Shown here: positions 14,701-28,920 of the stretch, one piece after another | Numbering within the stretch: position 1 is the first letter of the stretch | Layout of the letters: every line of letters starts with the position of its first letter | DNA from: Eledone cirrhosa | Taxonomy: Eukaryota | DNA: 64,000 bases | Assembly (NCBI GenBank): GCA_964016885.1 | Contig: OZ024755.1 | Span: 1,240,001-1,304,000, forward strand | Reading direction: 5' to 3' | The notes under the pieces: model-generated | The model's database searches: none | What the model saw: only the letters and a program-made list of their open reading frames with translations | Told to the model about the DNA's origin: nothing | Program-made: the position numbers and the translations under genes

Positions 14701-15677
14701 CATAATTAACGGTGGTTGTTATGTTGACTGTGATTACATAATTAACGGTGGTTGTTATGTTGACTGTGATTACAAACTGAGGCAAATAAAACTAGTTTCT
14801 CAATTTCAGAACAATAAAATGATCATAAAAGCAGGCTGCTGCCAATTTAAGGTAATTTGAGGAGGAAATTAATGAAATACATCATGGCATGAAGAAAAGG
14901 TTAGCATAGTAAATTATTAATGGTAGAGAATATGTTAAGAGGTATAATGTAGTTAATGAGATGTTCTTAGTTCGAGAAAGAAAACAAAACCCCAGCGGCA
15001 ATTGTGAGCGACTATCGAAGAGAAGAGGAGATAATTTCAAGAAATTGATTTTTTTTTTTTTTTTTTACATAGATACAAGGACTCAAATTTGAGAATAGGA
15101 AATGTCAATTATACTGACTCTAGTACTTGACTGGTACTTTATTTTATTGACCTCGGAAAGATAAAAGGCAAAGTTGACCTCGGTGTAACTAATATGTATA
15201 GAAAGGTTTTGGGCCAGTATAGTTTCCATTAATGGGACCACTGTGATGAGTATTTCAACAACATGTAATATTAACAGGGAGCTTGAGTAGGGACCTAATC
15301 TCACTCTAGAAATAAATAAGATTGAAACGTTGGTAGAGGAAAGGAAAGCATTAAACTAATTTATCACTGAGAGATTTGGTAGAAGGAATCTGGGAAGTGG
15401 TTCCTGTAAATAGAAATGTCAATTAGTTTCCATTAGAATCGTAGAATTAAGCAGAGAAAATGTCCAAGATAATGTAAAGGAAGAAACAACTGCGACGTAT
15501 ATGTTACTGTCTTAAGACATGTTAGGAAATATAAACTGAAGAAAGCATTCTAACTTCTTAAAGATGGTTCAACGTCTTTGACCAATCAACCTGTTGTTAA
15601 TCGGGAGATCACCTTTAACACACATGTGTGTGTGGTATGTGAGAGAGAGAGATTGTGAAAGAATATGTATATATAAT

Positions 15678-15882
15678 AAGTTTATCCCGGGTTCAATCGG
15701 GGGTAACCACAATCGGCGGTAGGGTACTCAATACAAAGCAGAGTATAAATATTTAATGTAGAAAGGCTTCTACAGGACTAGAACTGTTTCATTCGGGAGA
15801 AATCATCAGGAAACCCTGATGATTTCCTGATGATTTCTCCCGAATGAAACAGTTCTAGTCCTGTACAAGCCTTTCTACATTA
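15678..15882 (-). mobile_element. PLE-like pseudo-LTR remnant with a fold-back (arms 15754-15813 and 15823-15882)
   Basis: 60-bp inverted repeat containing HHR cores; tail with GTACTCAATAC; paralog at 31332-31518. Confidence 0.75.
15767..15813 (-). ncRNA. Type I hammerhead ribozyme, intact core
   Basis: UUUC-CUGAUGA-U-UUC(UCCC)GAA-U-GAAAC-AG(UUCUAGUC)CU-GUA/GAAG; helices I, II and III all pair. Confidence 0.75.
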
Positions 15883-17459
15883 TATATAATGTACTGGGTA
15901 ATTGCTGGCCTTGTGCCAAAAGTAGAAATAATTATATATATATATATATACTCTCATCAAACAATTCATGCTTTAGAAATTAAAATACCAAATCTTGATG
16001 TTTTATGAAGAAACGGAATTTATTAGACATAAATACACGACGTGAGTCGGCTGACATAGATTTTCAAAAGAAAGACACGAAGAGAATTATTTGATAGAAA
16101 CTGTTTATCATGCATCACTATAATTATCAGAAATGTAAAGGTGTAATTTGGAACTATTCATTTAAAGAATTGAAACTAAGACAATTTCAGCATTTATTGA
16201 ATCTAAGACAAGAGTATTTCAGCTTCTATTGGTGAAAACCAGAGAGAAAATACGTTGTTTGATTTGGAGGTCTGAGATTGTCCAGTGGTTCTAATGACGC
16301 CCTCTATATTCTCTGTGTTGATTCTCGCTTACCAGTCCAGTCCAGTTCAGTCCAGTCTTCAATAATTGCGATCTTTCTTTCATATATTTTCTTGCTTACA
16401 ATGAACTTAGCCATGCTGACAATCATTGTATAAAATATAAAATTACGAAGATTGATTTGTCGGCCATTATTACAAATAACAATTAACGGATAACCGCTGT
16501 CGTCTGCCTGAGATAAAGCAAATATGAAATAACAGACGCTCCAGTCAAATATGATGATTCTATTTACTTTAAGTTTTAACGTAAACACGACAGCTAAAAT
16601 AAATACAATAGATGAAATGAGACTCTCTTTTCTTCAGTCAATAGTGATTTAAGTACAGAGAACTAGATGGAACCGGTAATCGAAACTGGAATACAGATAT
16701 ATCTGGACGGGAGCTTATCTCTTCTATATGATGTCCAACGATGGTGAAGTTATTGTGAATTTATTGGTTAGTTTCATATAGATTCGTATCTATAAGGAAG
16801 GGGAATTTTATGCTGTTCATACTATCAGCTATGATCGGACCTGGAGAGGAGATAGGCTCCACTAGGGTTGGATTAAACTGTCCAAGACATGCTGTATGTA
16901 ATGACGACGTCCCCACGACTCCAACAAGAGTTAAGAACCTATGGCATGGCATAGAACATTATAAAATAGAAAATAACCATCTGTTAACCGAGATCACTGT
17001 TTTCACTTGGTTTCTCTGACTAATGCCTCACAGAAGAATCTATTAATGTTGCATTACTTCATTTTCTTTCTCCTAAAAAGATTCATATGTTTTTTATATA
17101 TATTTTTTCGAAAAATATTAAACTATTTAAAAATAAATTTATTAAGATAATTCTGCTTGTGTTGTTAACAATGTCCTCTTCAACAACGGCAATCATTATA
17201 GCTACACATTTCTTTCAAAATATTTCCTCAACTACAAAGGATGAACATTTGTCATGTTACTTCCCCGGGGAGGAACCCCCACCACCACTAATTATCCTTT
17301 TATTCATTACCCAAGACCCGTGTACATTTATTGAGATGCACCACCAGTAGCTATCAGGGAATTTAAACCCTTTTGTGACTGTATTTCTATTGATTTTTTT
17401 TTAAATAATCTAAAATGTTAAAGAATTTACTAACTTCTTCATTATTGAATTATCGTCAA

Positions 17460-17682
17460 GACCAGTGGACTGGCAGTAATCGGTAGAGCGTCGAATAACA
17501 TGCTTTGCGGCATAGTTACATGTTCTTAACGTTCTGAGTTCAAATCCCACCGAGGTTAGCTTTGCCTTTCATCCTTCTGGTGGTCGATAAAATAAAGTAC
17601 CAGTAACGCACTGGGATAGATTTAATCGACTTTTCCCGCCTCCCAAATTGTTAGTCTTGTGTCTGAATCAAAAACTGTTATT
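17460..17682 (+). mobile_element. Near full-length tRNA-headed Nin-domain SINE
   Basis: A-box-like tggcagtaatcgg, B box gagttcaaatcc, Nin core and tail. Confidence 0.85.
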
Positions 17683-18619
17683 AAACTGTTTAAAAAATAA
17701 TTTAACAAAAGGTTTTTACATAAAATGATGATAAAAGGGTTAGATTTAAGTATCAATACTTTCAAATTGATTGGATTTTTATTTTATCCTAGAAGGAAAA
17801 GCAGACTCTGGCGGCGCCGGTTTATATGAGGAGGGTTAAAAACTTCTCTAACATAAAACATTATTTGCTGTCCTTACTTGACACAGTTCTATTAAAAACT
17901 GATCAGATTAAATTACAAGACAATAAACTTCACCCTAGCAATGTGTCATGAAATAGTTGATAGTCACGAAATACTCCATTATAATAACTATCGTATTTTT
18001 CTAATACACGACAACCTCTATTTCCTTCTTTCCTCTCCAAACAACAATTTCTCTTTCCTTCATTTCTCTCCAAACGACAACACAGTCGGTTTATTTTTCA
18101 AATGAAATACAACAATAATGACGACAAAGAACAAAATCTAAACCGTCAGACGACACTTTTTTTTTTTATTATTTATGATTTATTGGTGAGTAAAAAACGA
18201 TCAGATCTTACAATTATGTTATTATTGTTTGCGGGTCGTTTGTTTTTGGTGGTGGGTTCTTGGTGTCTGTGTGGGGTTCTTGGTGTCTGTGGGGGTTCTT
18301 GGTGTCTGTGTGGGGTTCTTGGTATCTGTGGGGTTCTTGCTGTTTATAATCACGTGATAGCCCCCACAGTAACCCTACTTATAATATATACTGTATCTAT
18401 ACTTTTAAATGATTAATATTTGTGGAGAAAATTATTGAAATTTCTGGCGACAATTTGACAGGGAAGTTTCTAAAACAAGAATTGTGACAAAAATTATTTC
18501 CCACAAACATTTACTTGTGTGTGTATATATATATATGTGTGTATATGTGTGTATGTGTATGTGTGTGTATATATATATGTATGTATATGTGTGTATGAGT
18601 TTGTATATATGTATATATA

Positions 18620-18650
<31 letters not shown>

Positions 18651-19611
18651 GTGTGTAGGAATCAATTCAACGCAATAAACTATAGACATGTATAAAAGGT
18701 ATAAAAGTAATTAATCTTAACTATTTATCACTTTTAAAAGTCCTTCATGATAAATAAACAGAATGGCTGTCTATTTATATAGTCTGATAAAACACATCTT
18801 TTTAATTGCATATGACTAAACTAACGTTGCATATATGGTCAGTGTATAAGACTAAACTACTGTTGTATATATGGTCAGTGTATAAGACTAAACTAAGAAG
18901 GAACTTTGTCTCTTCCATTCCTGCTACATGTGCTGACCACCGAAAACAGTCACGTGTGGACTAAAACAAGGGTGCGTCATTGTAGCAATCCTCTCTCTTT
19001 CTCTCTCTCTCTTTCTCTCTCTCATATTTATATATATATAAAGATAAGCACACCACTTGTTGCTTAACCAATATTTTTGCCCCAATGGAACGATGAAATA
19101 ATGGAATGAAATATTACATGTTTGCTTTTAAAGCAGTGTTTTGAAATAATCGATCGTTCTATTATTTTCCTAATATGTATTTGACCTTTGTGTTGACATT
19201 TAGCTGAAATTGTCCATTACATGACCACAACTATTTCACAATAACCTCAGCCAACAACAATCAATCAACGTTTCCTGTGAGTTAAAATTTTTATCATAGA
19301 ATATCATCTAATGCTATTTAATTCCGTGTAAAACTATTGTAAAAACTATATAAAACCATTGCCTAATCGCCTTAAAACATCACTTTTGTTAATGGGTTGC
19401 CTTTAAACAACTGTTTTAAACAACAAATGTTATTTCGTTGAATTGAATTCATGTCGTTCGTTCAACACGTTCCAACGGTGACCTTATAACTATAGTTTAG
19501 TAATATTTACAGCTACATAGTCACCATCTTCTCAGGAGACATAGTCACTACAGCTGCCTGATATAGTTCTTTTGTATCTATTAGTTAATTTATAGATAGA
19601 TAGAGTAAAAA

Positions 19612-19664
19612 TCCGACCGCGACGCCAAGCGGTTTCGGCTTGATTTCAGCAAGCCTGTCAAGGG
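19612..19664 (-). ncRNA. Variant hammerhead-like motif (UUGACA core)
   Basis: CC-UUGACA-GGCUUG(CUGAAAU)CAAGCC-GAAAC-CGC(UUGGCGUC)GCG-GUC/GG; a diverged paralog half lies at about 23655-23688. Confidence 0.55.
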
Positions 19665-20784
19665 TGTAGTCCGCAGACACACACTATCTATATCTCTATA
19701 CCCGAGAGTATGTAACTAAATACCACAAGACATCAGTCACCGATGCTCTACCGCTTCTGCCAAACCATGAACTTTACAGAACTCGTATATTTTATATCTC
19801 TTACAATTGGGAAAGATAAAATTGAAGAAAGAATTATGGAAAACCAACAAAATGGTGCCTTGGGGTGTTAACCATTCTTTAACATGTGGTGGGATGTTAA
19901 CCATTGTTTAACATGTGGTTGGATGTTAACCATTCTTTAACGACATGTGGTTCTTTTTTAAAGAATAACAGCGGAAAATAACTGTTTTTATTTTTTATTT
20001 AAGTCTTATTTTTATTTCATTACTTTATTTTATTTTTATTTTATTTTTTTTATATTTTATTTTATTTTATTTTATTTTATTTTATTTTAACATTTAATTT
20101 GAGATTTTTTCTTTATTTTTTTAATTTTCTTTAATTTTCTTTATTTTTCACATTTCTATTTTACTTTTTTTCTTTTTTTTTTTTGTCGCTTAAAAATAAA
20201 ATCTCATTCCTTTCATTTATTTCTCTCATCATCTGCTGATGAGAGAAATATTGCTGAGACGGATCTTTCAGTTCGGACATTACATTGAATAAATAAAACA
20301 AAGTCGATAATTTGAAGAAGAAAAAATATTGAAAATTTAACGAAGATGAATCTTTTATCGGTTTCTAGAATATTAAGAAGGCTGAAAAAATATTTTAAAA
20401 AGTTAAAAAAATGAAGAAAAAAGGAGGAAATGAAGTAAAGAAAAGATAGAAAAAATTGGAGGCTGCCAATTCTTTTTTTTTTCTTTTTTTTTTCTAAAAT
20501 TTATTTTAAATACTTTTCCAAATAAATGAAAGTGATTTTTTTTTTTTATTTGATTTTTTTTATTAATTCTTAAAATATTTTTTATGAAATATATAGTTTT
20601 GTATTTCTGAAGAATGAGAGAGGAAGGAGGAAAGAGTGTAAGCTATGTTAGATGTTACGACATCGAGTCATTAAAACCCTCAACTCAGATCTTTATAGCG
20701 GGATTTGGAAGTTATTAACTGTTTTAACTGGGGAATATGAAATAGGGGACTGTAATAAATGATGAAGTATTAGTGGTAAGGTAT

Positions 20785-21190
20785 GGGGAGGGAGAGTGAG
20801 AGAGAGAATTAGAGAGAGGGAGATGAGAGAGAAGGAGTGAGAGTGAGATGGGAGTAGAGAAAGGGAGAGTGAGATGGGAGAGAGAAGGAGTGAGATGGGA
20901 GAGGGAAGTAGAGAAAGGGAGATGGAGTGAGATGAGAGGGAGATGGGAGAGAGAAGTAGAGAAAGGGAGAAGGAAAGGAGGCTAGAGAGAGATATAGAAA
21001 GGGAGAAACGAGATATGAGAGTGAGTGTGAGAGAGAGATAAAGACTGAGAGAAAAGAAAATAAGAAATAGAGATAAAAATAGATAAATAAGGAGAAAAAG
21101 ATAACGAGAAAGTGAGAGAGAGAGAGAAATGGAGAGAGAAAAAGAAAGGGGAAAAGAGAGAAAGAAAGAAAAAAAGAGAGAGAGATCTTA
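20785..21190. repeat. Polypurine (GA-rich) low-complexity tract
   Basis: Direct reading. Confidence 0.9.
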
Positions 21191-21624
21191 TGGAATATTG
21201 AAACTTCATTAAAGACGTTAGTTGTCAAGTTTTAAGTGGGTTTCTAAGGAGCTCAATGGAAAATTACAGATTCTTCAAAACCTTAAGTTCTAGATGGTTC
21301 TTCAAGGACTTATAGAATTTAAACAGTTCTGTTATACTTATTGGAAGAAACGAGAGCCATTGAAATATTTGGAAATTATTGTAAAATAATTATTTATAAC
21401 ATCATTAAAATCTTTTGAAATGTTAAGGTTTCTTTCTGTCTTTTGGCAGGGAATAAGATGTCGGGAAATATCTTATCAAGTCCCTTTTAAGGGGTTTTGC
21501 CGGTTGTTAGTCCCTTTAATGGGTTTTGTCGGTTGTAAGTCCCTTTTAAGGGGTTTTGCCGATTCTCATGTTAAAAGGACAAAATGTAAATAAAAATAAA
21601 AAGATAGAAATAACGAGAAGAAAT

Positions 21625-21840
21625 GTATTGTTTCTGATTTAGGCTCAATGCCAGAAATTTGGGGGGGGAGGGGAAAGTCTATTAAATCTACTCCAATGCA
21701 TTACTGGTACTTTATTTTATCGACCCTGTAAGGAGGAAAGGCAAAGTTAACCTCGACGGGATTTGAACTCAGATTATAAAGGGAGGTAACTCTATGCTTC
21801 AAAGCATGGCGTCCGACCCTCTGCCAATCCACCGCCCTTA
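21625..21840 (-). mobile_element. Full-length Nin-domain SINE
   Basis: Head ...catggcgtccgaccctctgccaatccaccgccc, B box, Nin core and tail, all reverse-complemented. Confidence 0.88.
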
Positions 21841-22429
21841 TGTTTAGATAATACAAGATATATTAACTTAAAGAGCGCCATCTACATTTGCAGAGTTGAT
21901 AAGAGGGTTTAACAGAACAGTCTCCGCATTAGACATATCAATATCCTATAATTATCGTACAATGATATTATTGAACACTTGAGAAGATCTAAAGACACTG
22001 GAAATTTAATAACGATTGTTAATATCACGCTCTAGTACAATGGTGTTGGTGGAGTTAGCCCGGACAATAAGTCTTAATGTCTCGACATATCACTAAGGAA
22101 ACAATTTCAAATGTACAGTCACAAGGGAGACAAACAACAACACATGAAAGCTAAGGAAAATTGTTTGAAACGGATAATGAAATTCTCAGTGAAGCCAGCC
22201 TCTATTGTGAGAAGACTTAAACTGTTAACATTAACGTCATTATGAAGCGTACAAAAGATCTTGTAACATCTTACATTGTAAATAGAAGTGGAATACTGGA
22301 AAGTACATCCTGACAGCAACAACAGCAACAGCAGCAACAGCAACAACAACAGCAACAACAACTCATCATAATTTCATGTAAGAGCAGAGTTTCCGTTACA
22401 GTTTTGACATTGGGGGAGGGGCTTAAGTA

Positions 22430-22577
22430 TAAGGCCCTTGCCATTCTGAGTTCAAATCCCGCCGAGATTAACTTTGCCTTTCATCCTTACGGGGTCGATA
22501 ATATAAAGTACCAGTAATGTACTGGTGAATTGCTGGCCTTGTGGCAAAAGTAGAAAAAAATATTATTATTATTATTA
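22430..22577 (+). mobile_element. 5'-truncated Nin-domain SINE
   Basis: B box, Nin core and (att)n tail. Confidence 0.87.
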
Positions 22578-23280
22578 GCTCATGGTTTTTATCACTAATA
22601 CGAGACAAAGAAAAAAATTAAAGACATAACCATATTTAGAGTCAACAGAAAATAAGTGTTGTAAAAACTAGAGAACAAGTGTATTGAAACAAATTATTGG
22701 AGGGAATTTAACCCCAAAAGTCCCTTAGTGATGGAAGGATTGGTAATACAATGATTTCTAGTGTAGGCATGTGGGGAACAAGAAAGTTATCGTCTGCTGT
22801 TCCAGTAGTATCAAGGGTTGAAATACTTCCCTGGGTAGGAGGTTATTCTCTAAAGACCTTCTGCTGTTCAACTCTCCTTTGGTTAGATAGATAATGGTTA
22901 GAAAGAAAGGATTCTAAGTCAGCTGAGACAAGAATTATCAGAGATAAGTTAATGTATAAAATGTATGTCGGACAGTAGAGACGGGTTAGATATAAAGGAT
23001 AAAAAAAACTTGCCTTCCAGCGTGAGAGAACAATCGTATGAAGAGTAAATAAAAAAAAATCAATAAGATTTTGACAACAGAAGAAAAACGACGGAATGTT
23101 TATAATGTAAACATTTCTAGACTAAAAAGATGAATGAAAGAAACCAGAGAAAATGGTGCAGTATCAAGAATGATTCCATCTGATGCTAAAACTATTTGAC
23201 AAAGACTATATTATCTCTAGTGGAAAACATGCGATACTGCGATTCATTAATACTCATATATATATATATATATATATATA

Positions 23281-23494
23281 GTGGTGGAACACTGGAAGGT
23301 AATATCCGTAGTGGTAGAGCACTCAGTCCAAGGGACGAGTTAGGTTGAAGTGGTTACACAACAGTTAGTTCACCATACCGAGAACAATTGTTTCACCTTC
23401 GCGGATCTTCAGCACACACCACATCCCGAGCTGAAGATCCGCGAAGGTGAAAAATTGTTCTCGGTATGGTGAACTAACTGTTGTGTAACCACTT
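23281..23494 (-). mobile_element. PLE-like remnant with a 65-bp fold-back containing HHR cores
   Basis: Arms 23348-23413 and 23430-23494; CUGAAGA-U-CC(GCGAA)GG-U-GAAAC-AAUU-GUU/CUCGG; flanked by (TA)n on both sides. Confidence 0.75.
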
Positions 23495-23504
23495 TTATAT
23501 ATAG

Positions 23505-23537
<33 letters not shown>

Positions 23538-25851
23538 TATATATATACACACAAGTATGTATATATATATAGTCTGAGATGCTGAGACCGAGAAGACAAC
23601 TAATCACGAGAGTACTCAATACATGGGGAGATGCAGAGTGGGTTATAAAGATAGGTAAAATTCTGAGCGTGGCGCTAAGTGGTTTCGGCGTGTGTGTGTG
23701 TGTGTATAATCTATACGTATCTTCCCCCCCCCCCTCCTCCGAAAATGAATAATATTCCTCTGCAGCATTTGTGGAAATTTTTCTTTGTATTTCCTAATTT
23801 GTTTTCACTTATGTTAAACACGAGAATGGGTTAAACTTTCCGATATTGAACATTAAAATGTAACTCCCTATTGAATATACATTGATCTGCTTCCTATAAA
23901 GCTATATTTCCCTATTGTATATATATTGATATCTTTCAATAGAAAGATTAAATATATAAAGATGTATTTCTCCATTGTAAAGATATATCACCAATTGTAG
24001 CTACTTTACAACTGGATATTGAACATTCCCCGCACAATTTACTCTGTCGCTCTCCCTCCACTCTCTCTCATCCCCCCCCCTCTCTCTTCCTCCCAACCCT
24101 CTCTCATCCCCCCCTTCCCTCACTCACCTCTGTCTCTCACATACTTCCGCTCTCCCTCTGCTCCCCCTCTCTCTCCCACACACACGTACGCAGTCAAGTA
24201 CTGGCGTTGATTTATTCGATTTCTCTTTCCCCAAATTGCAGGACATGTTCCTAAATCAGAACAGCCCCTAATATTTCTTCTACATAAAAGCCAGGTTTTC
24301 AGTGAGGCCTAGGAAGCCAATAATATCAAGCAATTAACCCTGCGAAAAAGGAAAAATGATTCATCTACTAAAGTCATCCTTCCAGCAAAAGTGAAGCATT
24401 TTCAGTTTTTCCTTTTTCTAATGTCTACAATATATACAGCTCACTATTCCTACATACTCATAGATTTCTCTGCTAACTGGAGCAGTTGAATTAATAGTTG
24501 GTATCTGTGAAGCCACTGGTGTTCATAACACCGAGGTCATCTAATTAAACTGATGGTCGCTGTTTACTATGAGACAAGCAGGATTTTTATTGAGGGTTAT
24601 TCCTCTAGATCTGCTGGACTATGGGGACACCATAAAAGAACATCCAGTGCAAACCAGTGAAATCTACTTCAGTTCTGCACACTCTTAAATTAACATATAT
24701 ACATATGTACACACTATTGGATGGTCGTTGATTCAGTTCCTCCGCCCTTTGTCAGGGTGTCCATGTCCCCCTCCTCACTAAGCAAACTTGGTGGGGTTGC
24801 CAGCGACGACCCGACCATGTGACAGGTTGTACTGGTTACATGTTAACATACAATGAATGATAAATGACCAATTTTTACAACATTTTTATTATATTTGCTC
24901 AAGTATTTTATATGTATTCGCCTCTGATATTGATCAAATCCAATATTCTTTCAGTGCTATCGATCAGAGTGAGAAAGTTCTCATTTTTCTTCTAATATCT
25001 TAAGTAAATCGATAGGAATTTTGACCAGTTCTGTAAATTCTGGTTGGAATTTGTGTTGACTCTTCTGTGTTTGATGTACTTTTAAAGAGTTTCTTATTAT
25101 TGAGCAGCTGTTCCTGACATTAGAATTAAAGAAACCTGGAAAGTAAAACATGCCCGAAGGTTACACGAACAAAATCGGTGAAATCTAATGTTCCATTCGC
25201 TATTATTTCTACAGACAATAACTGAATATTCACAAGAATGTTTGTAGATAGGAACAGCATGCAACGGTTGACATGTAATTAAGCTTTCATAACTGTCAAA
25301 GAGGAATTTGAATTATGTTCACATATTCTCACCTCATCTTATTTACTCTTATTTTCCAAGAGAAACCAGTTCTGATTATTCTCTCGTATTGCTAGAAACT
25401 ACACACGTGTAGAGAAAGTGATAAGAATATAAAAACGAAGAAATTCGAATATCTTGGGGATTCGATCTTCGGTATACATTCCGACTTAGATCTTCATAAG
25501 TTCAGGTTTCGAATAATCGTCCCCTCGCTCCGTTTATTAAACTTTGCCAACACACTCCGGAGAAATTCCTGTGACAATTTATTTTCTGTATACATTAAAG
25601 AATGACGAAAGTACATTACTAGAAATCCTATACACTATAAAATAAATAGGATGTGTTGAGGTCTCAATATGTAAACTAAACGACTAATTCTGGTTTTTAC
25701 AAACCAATGGAGACAACCTAGAAAAATTACCGATCCCCTCCCCCAGTTATTCCACACACACACACACCCCTATTATCTGGGACGCTAGAGTATTTATTAC
25801 CCCCTCTTTCGTGTATGGTTGTTAAAATGTTTGTTACATTAAAGTAGGTTC

Positions 25852-26045
25852 GGCGGTGGATTGTCAGTATCGGTAGAGGGTCGGACGCCATGCTTTGATG
25901 CATAGAGTTATGGCCCTTGCCATCCTGAGTTCAAATCCCGCCGAGGTTAACTTTGTCTTTCATCCTTACGGGGGTCGATAAAATAAAGTACCAGTAATAC
26001 ACTGGGGTAATTGCTGGCTTTGTGCCAAACGTAGAAACAGTTATA
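25852..26045 (+). mobile_element. Full-length Nin-domain SINE
   Basis: ggcggtggattgtcagtatcggtagagggtcggacgccatg head, B box, Nin core and tail. Confidence 0.9.
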
Positions 26046-26646
26046 TTAAAGTAGGTTGACGATGTTCTCTTTGATTATCCAGTTAACTTCTTGTCTAGAT
26101 GTGTTGGAATCTAATGAGAAGTTCATATAAGTTTCTTAATTTATTAATCAAAAACTAGATTAATTACAGCGATTCATTCAAAGATAATGAATCTAACATG
26201 AATAGTAAGCGTGTGAATTATTTCCGTTCTTATAGCTCTTAAACACCCATAGTTTTAGTAATTATCGACTATAGCAGCATTAAGAATAAAGAAATTGGTG
26301 TGGATAGTTGGACAATGTTCTTTATTTTTCTGTCTTCAGGTAGTTTCTCTGTAACTCTTCCGGTTGCTGAATCACGAAATTACATGAAAATGGAGTTACA
26401 GATTTGATCAATATTTTCTCAGCCGCCAATATTACTAGAATCATTTTCGTCACTACTCTTACTATTCTAACATATTTATATTTCCTTTGCAACCATCTTT
26501 GTAGGGTTGGTTCTGCTGAAACTTGTTGCGCGAGGAATATATGTCTGTATATATAGACATATATATGTCTATATATATATAGACATATGTCTGTGTGTAT
26601 ATATAGACATATATATGTCTGTGTGTGTGTATATATATATATAATT

Positions 26647-26835
26647 ATGTAATAAACAACATAAGACAATTATTCCATTTACCAGAGGTTTCACGAAGAC
26701 AGACGAGCTCAACAGAGACGTGAAACCTCTGGTAAATGGAATAATTGTCTTATGTTGTTTATTACATGTTTAAATAGCGCTGTAGCATACATAGAGCACT
26801 CTCCTTTCCTTTACCCTTCCTACTGAAATACTTCA
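26647..26835 (+). mobile_element. PLE-like remnant: 49-bp inverted repeat (26647-26695 and 26719-26767) plus tail
   Basis: Perfect arms containing GAAAC-CUCUG-GUA; tail motif catacatagagcactct is shared with 52619-52635. Confidence 0.6.
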
Positions 26836-26849
26836 TATATATATATAAC

Positions 26850-27046
26850 AAAGGAAATGTGGTAAGGAACCAGATGGACCATAACGCACCAAAGTACTCA
26901 ATACTTAGGGTAGTAGAGTGGGTAATAGGAACAAGTATGACCCCGACGGCAGAGCTCAAGCCGTTTCGATGGCTAATTCTGGACGCGTCCAGAATTAGCC
27001 ATCGAAACGGCTTGAGCTCTGCCGTCGGAGTCATACTTGTTCCTAT
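26850..27046 (-). mobile_element. PLE-like remnant: 122-bp spacerless palindrome (26925-27046) plus tail
   Basis: Centre ggacg|cgtcc, one mismatch; each arm carries the HHR 3' half GAAAC-GGC(UUGAGCUCU)GCC-GUC; GTACTCAATAC at 26894. Confidence 0.7.
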
Positions 27047-28619
27047 ATATATATATTTGCTGAGAAATGTATTTATATAGAAAAGCTATTAATATGAAAT
27101 GATTAAAAGATAATCATCCTGTCTTTAGATTCAAGCTTCATTTCATTTATCATTAACTGACGAAAATTAATAGAAATAAACGTTATTTTGCTCGAGATGA
27201 ATGTTTTTAATGTTATCTTTTCAAACCTTTTCAGAAACTATTTCATTGAAAACAAGATAACTACATCCAATTTCATAATAAGATTAAATGGGATTTACAA
27301 GTCTATAATGTAGTTAAATTTCTTATTTTAGATTGTTCCAGTTTAAAGTTTTCTCAGATTTTCTAAGCTAATATTATTTTAGAATACAAGACAAGATTAA
27401 ATTTTTCTCTTAGAAGTTTCGATGAGTGAAAAATTCTTGGCACAACTTTTGTTGAAAATGAAGCAAGTTGTTGCCATATACTGAATTGGAGCGAATTAAA
27501 ATAAACACTCAACAGAAACGAAACTAAGTGATATAAAACAATTAGTCTTGCCTTCTAACGTCTGTCATCTATTATAGACATTTAGATATAAATAATGGTT
27601 TCGGATTTAGACACAAGCCAACAGTTTTGACGAGAGGGGAAAGTCGAATAAACTAAATATATATAAACAGCTTTGAATTTAAACTCTCGTTAACCCTGGA
27701 CTACCTTTATTAATATAGACTCTGCAGAATATCTTTGGAATTTTGTCCACGGGTCGCAAACAAAACACTTCCCCAACATAGGTGGAGAGTCTGTCACCCT
27801 CCCCAGTTCTTTCTTCCATTGCCTAATAGTCCTTGCTCTTTCCCCACTTTTCCTCTCATTTGAGGCATTTATAGTCCTTTCCTTTCCTACACAGCCAGAT
27901 TGCCCTTCTTTATTCACCCATTCCCCCTTTCTTCATTACTTAATTTGGTTCACATTCCTTTTATTAATATATCCACCACTTTGGTTCAATAAATACAAGG
28001 TTTCTCTTTCTGTAAAATCATAACAGTAACCTACAACAACAACAAACGAGAAGTTTAGACAAACCTGTCAAGTTTTTACTCTAAAGAAATTCGATTATAT
28101 TTTTATCCTTTCCCAAGTCTACTTTAACTGACCTAAAGGTCAAATCTACATATTTATAGCAAGTTCATTTCTACTTTAGTAAAGTAAACGAATACAGTGA
28201 CTGGTTTATATCGTTAATAGATTATCTGAATGGTAAAACGTTGACTGAAAACATTGTAATAGTTGTGTTATTATGTTATACCTATTAAATGATTTTACAG
28301 GTTTCATCACTTTTAATATTATTCCAAACGTCATTCCTCGTTTCATCCTTTCCTGGTCTATAATAAACTAATGTTGATTAAAAGACATAACAACCTAGCG
28401 TTCCTTTATAGAGAAATGTTTATTATCAGTTTGGAGGATATAAATATATTTAAATGGTAACAATAAAACCACTCGGATGATTCTTCCTATTTGCTGTCTT
28501 CAATAAACTAAAGTCGGTCCCTAGCTCAAAGCAAACTAAATAAATGTACCTTAATTAAACATACTATAATCTATCGTTTGGTGTGACAAACCGTCATAGG
28601 TTGATATTTGAAAGACTCT

Positions 28620-28920
28620 ATTAAATTGACAGAGTTGTTAGAACGTCAGACAAAATACTTTGTGATGTTTGTTCTGACTCGCCACTTTTTGAGTTCAAAT
28701 CTCGCCGAGGTTAACTTTGCTTTTCATCCATTCAAGATCGATAAAAACAAGTACCAGTCATGTACTGGAGTCGATTCTTCCTCTAAGTCTCTTTCACACT
28801 CTCTCTAACCTGCTGTGTTCAGACCTGGAGAGGGGATGGGCTCTACCAGGTTTTAAAAATGCCCTAGAAACGTTGTATGTCGCTACAGCGTCCCTACGAC
28901 TACCTCCGGAGTTGTGAGTC
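28620..28920 (+). mobile_element. Nin-domain SINE, alternative-tail subfamily
   Basis: Head, B box and Nin core, then cagacctggagaggggatgggctctaccaggttttaaaaatgccc. Confidence 0.8.

Noticed and set aside
16761-17019. Overlapping short ORFs with normal-looking composition
   Set aside because: The sequence is a diverged copy of the alternative SINE tail.
20218-20250. 14-bp hairpin containing CTGATGAG
   Set aside because: No downstream GAAA or helix III, so it cannot be called a hammerhead.
22313-22362. (CAG/CAA)n tract suggesting a polyQ exon
   Set aside because: No supporting coding context or splice sites; treated as a simple repeat.
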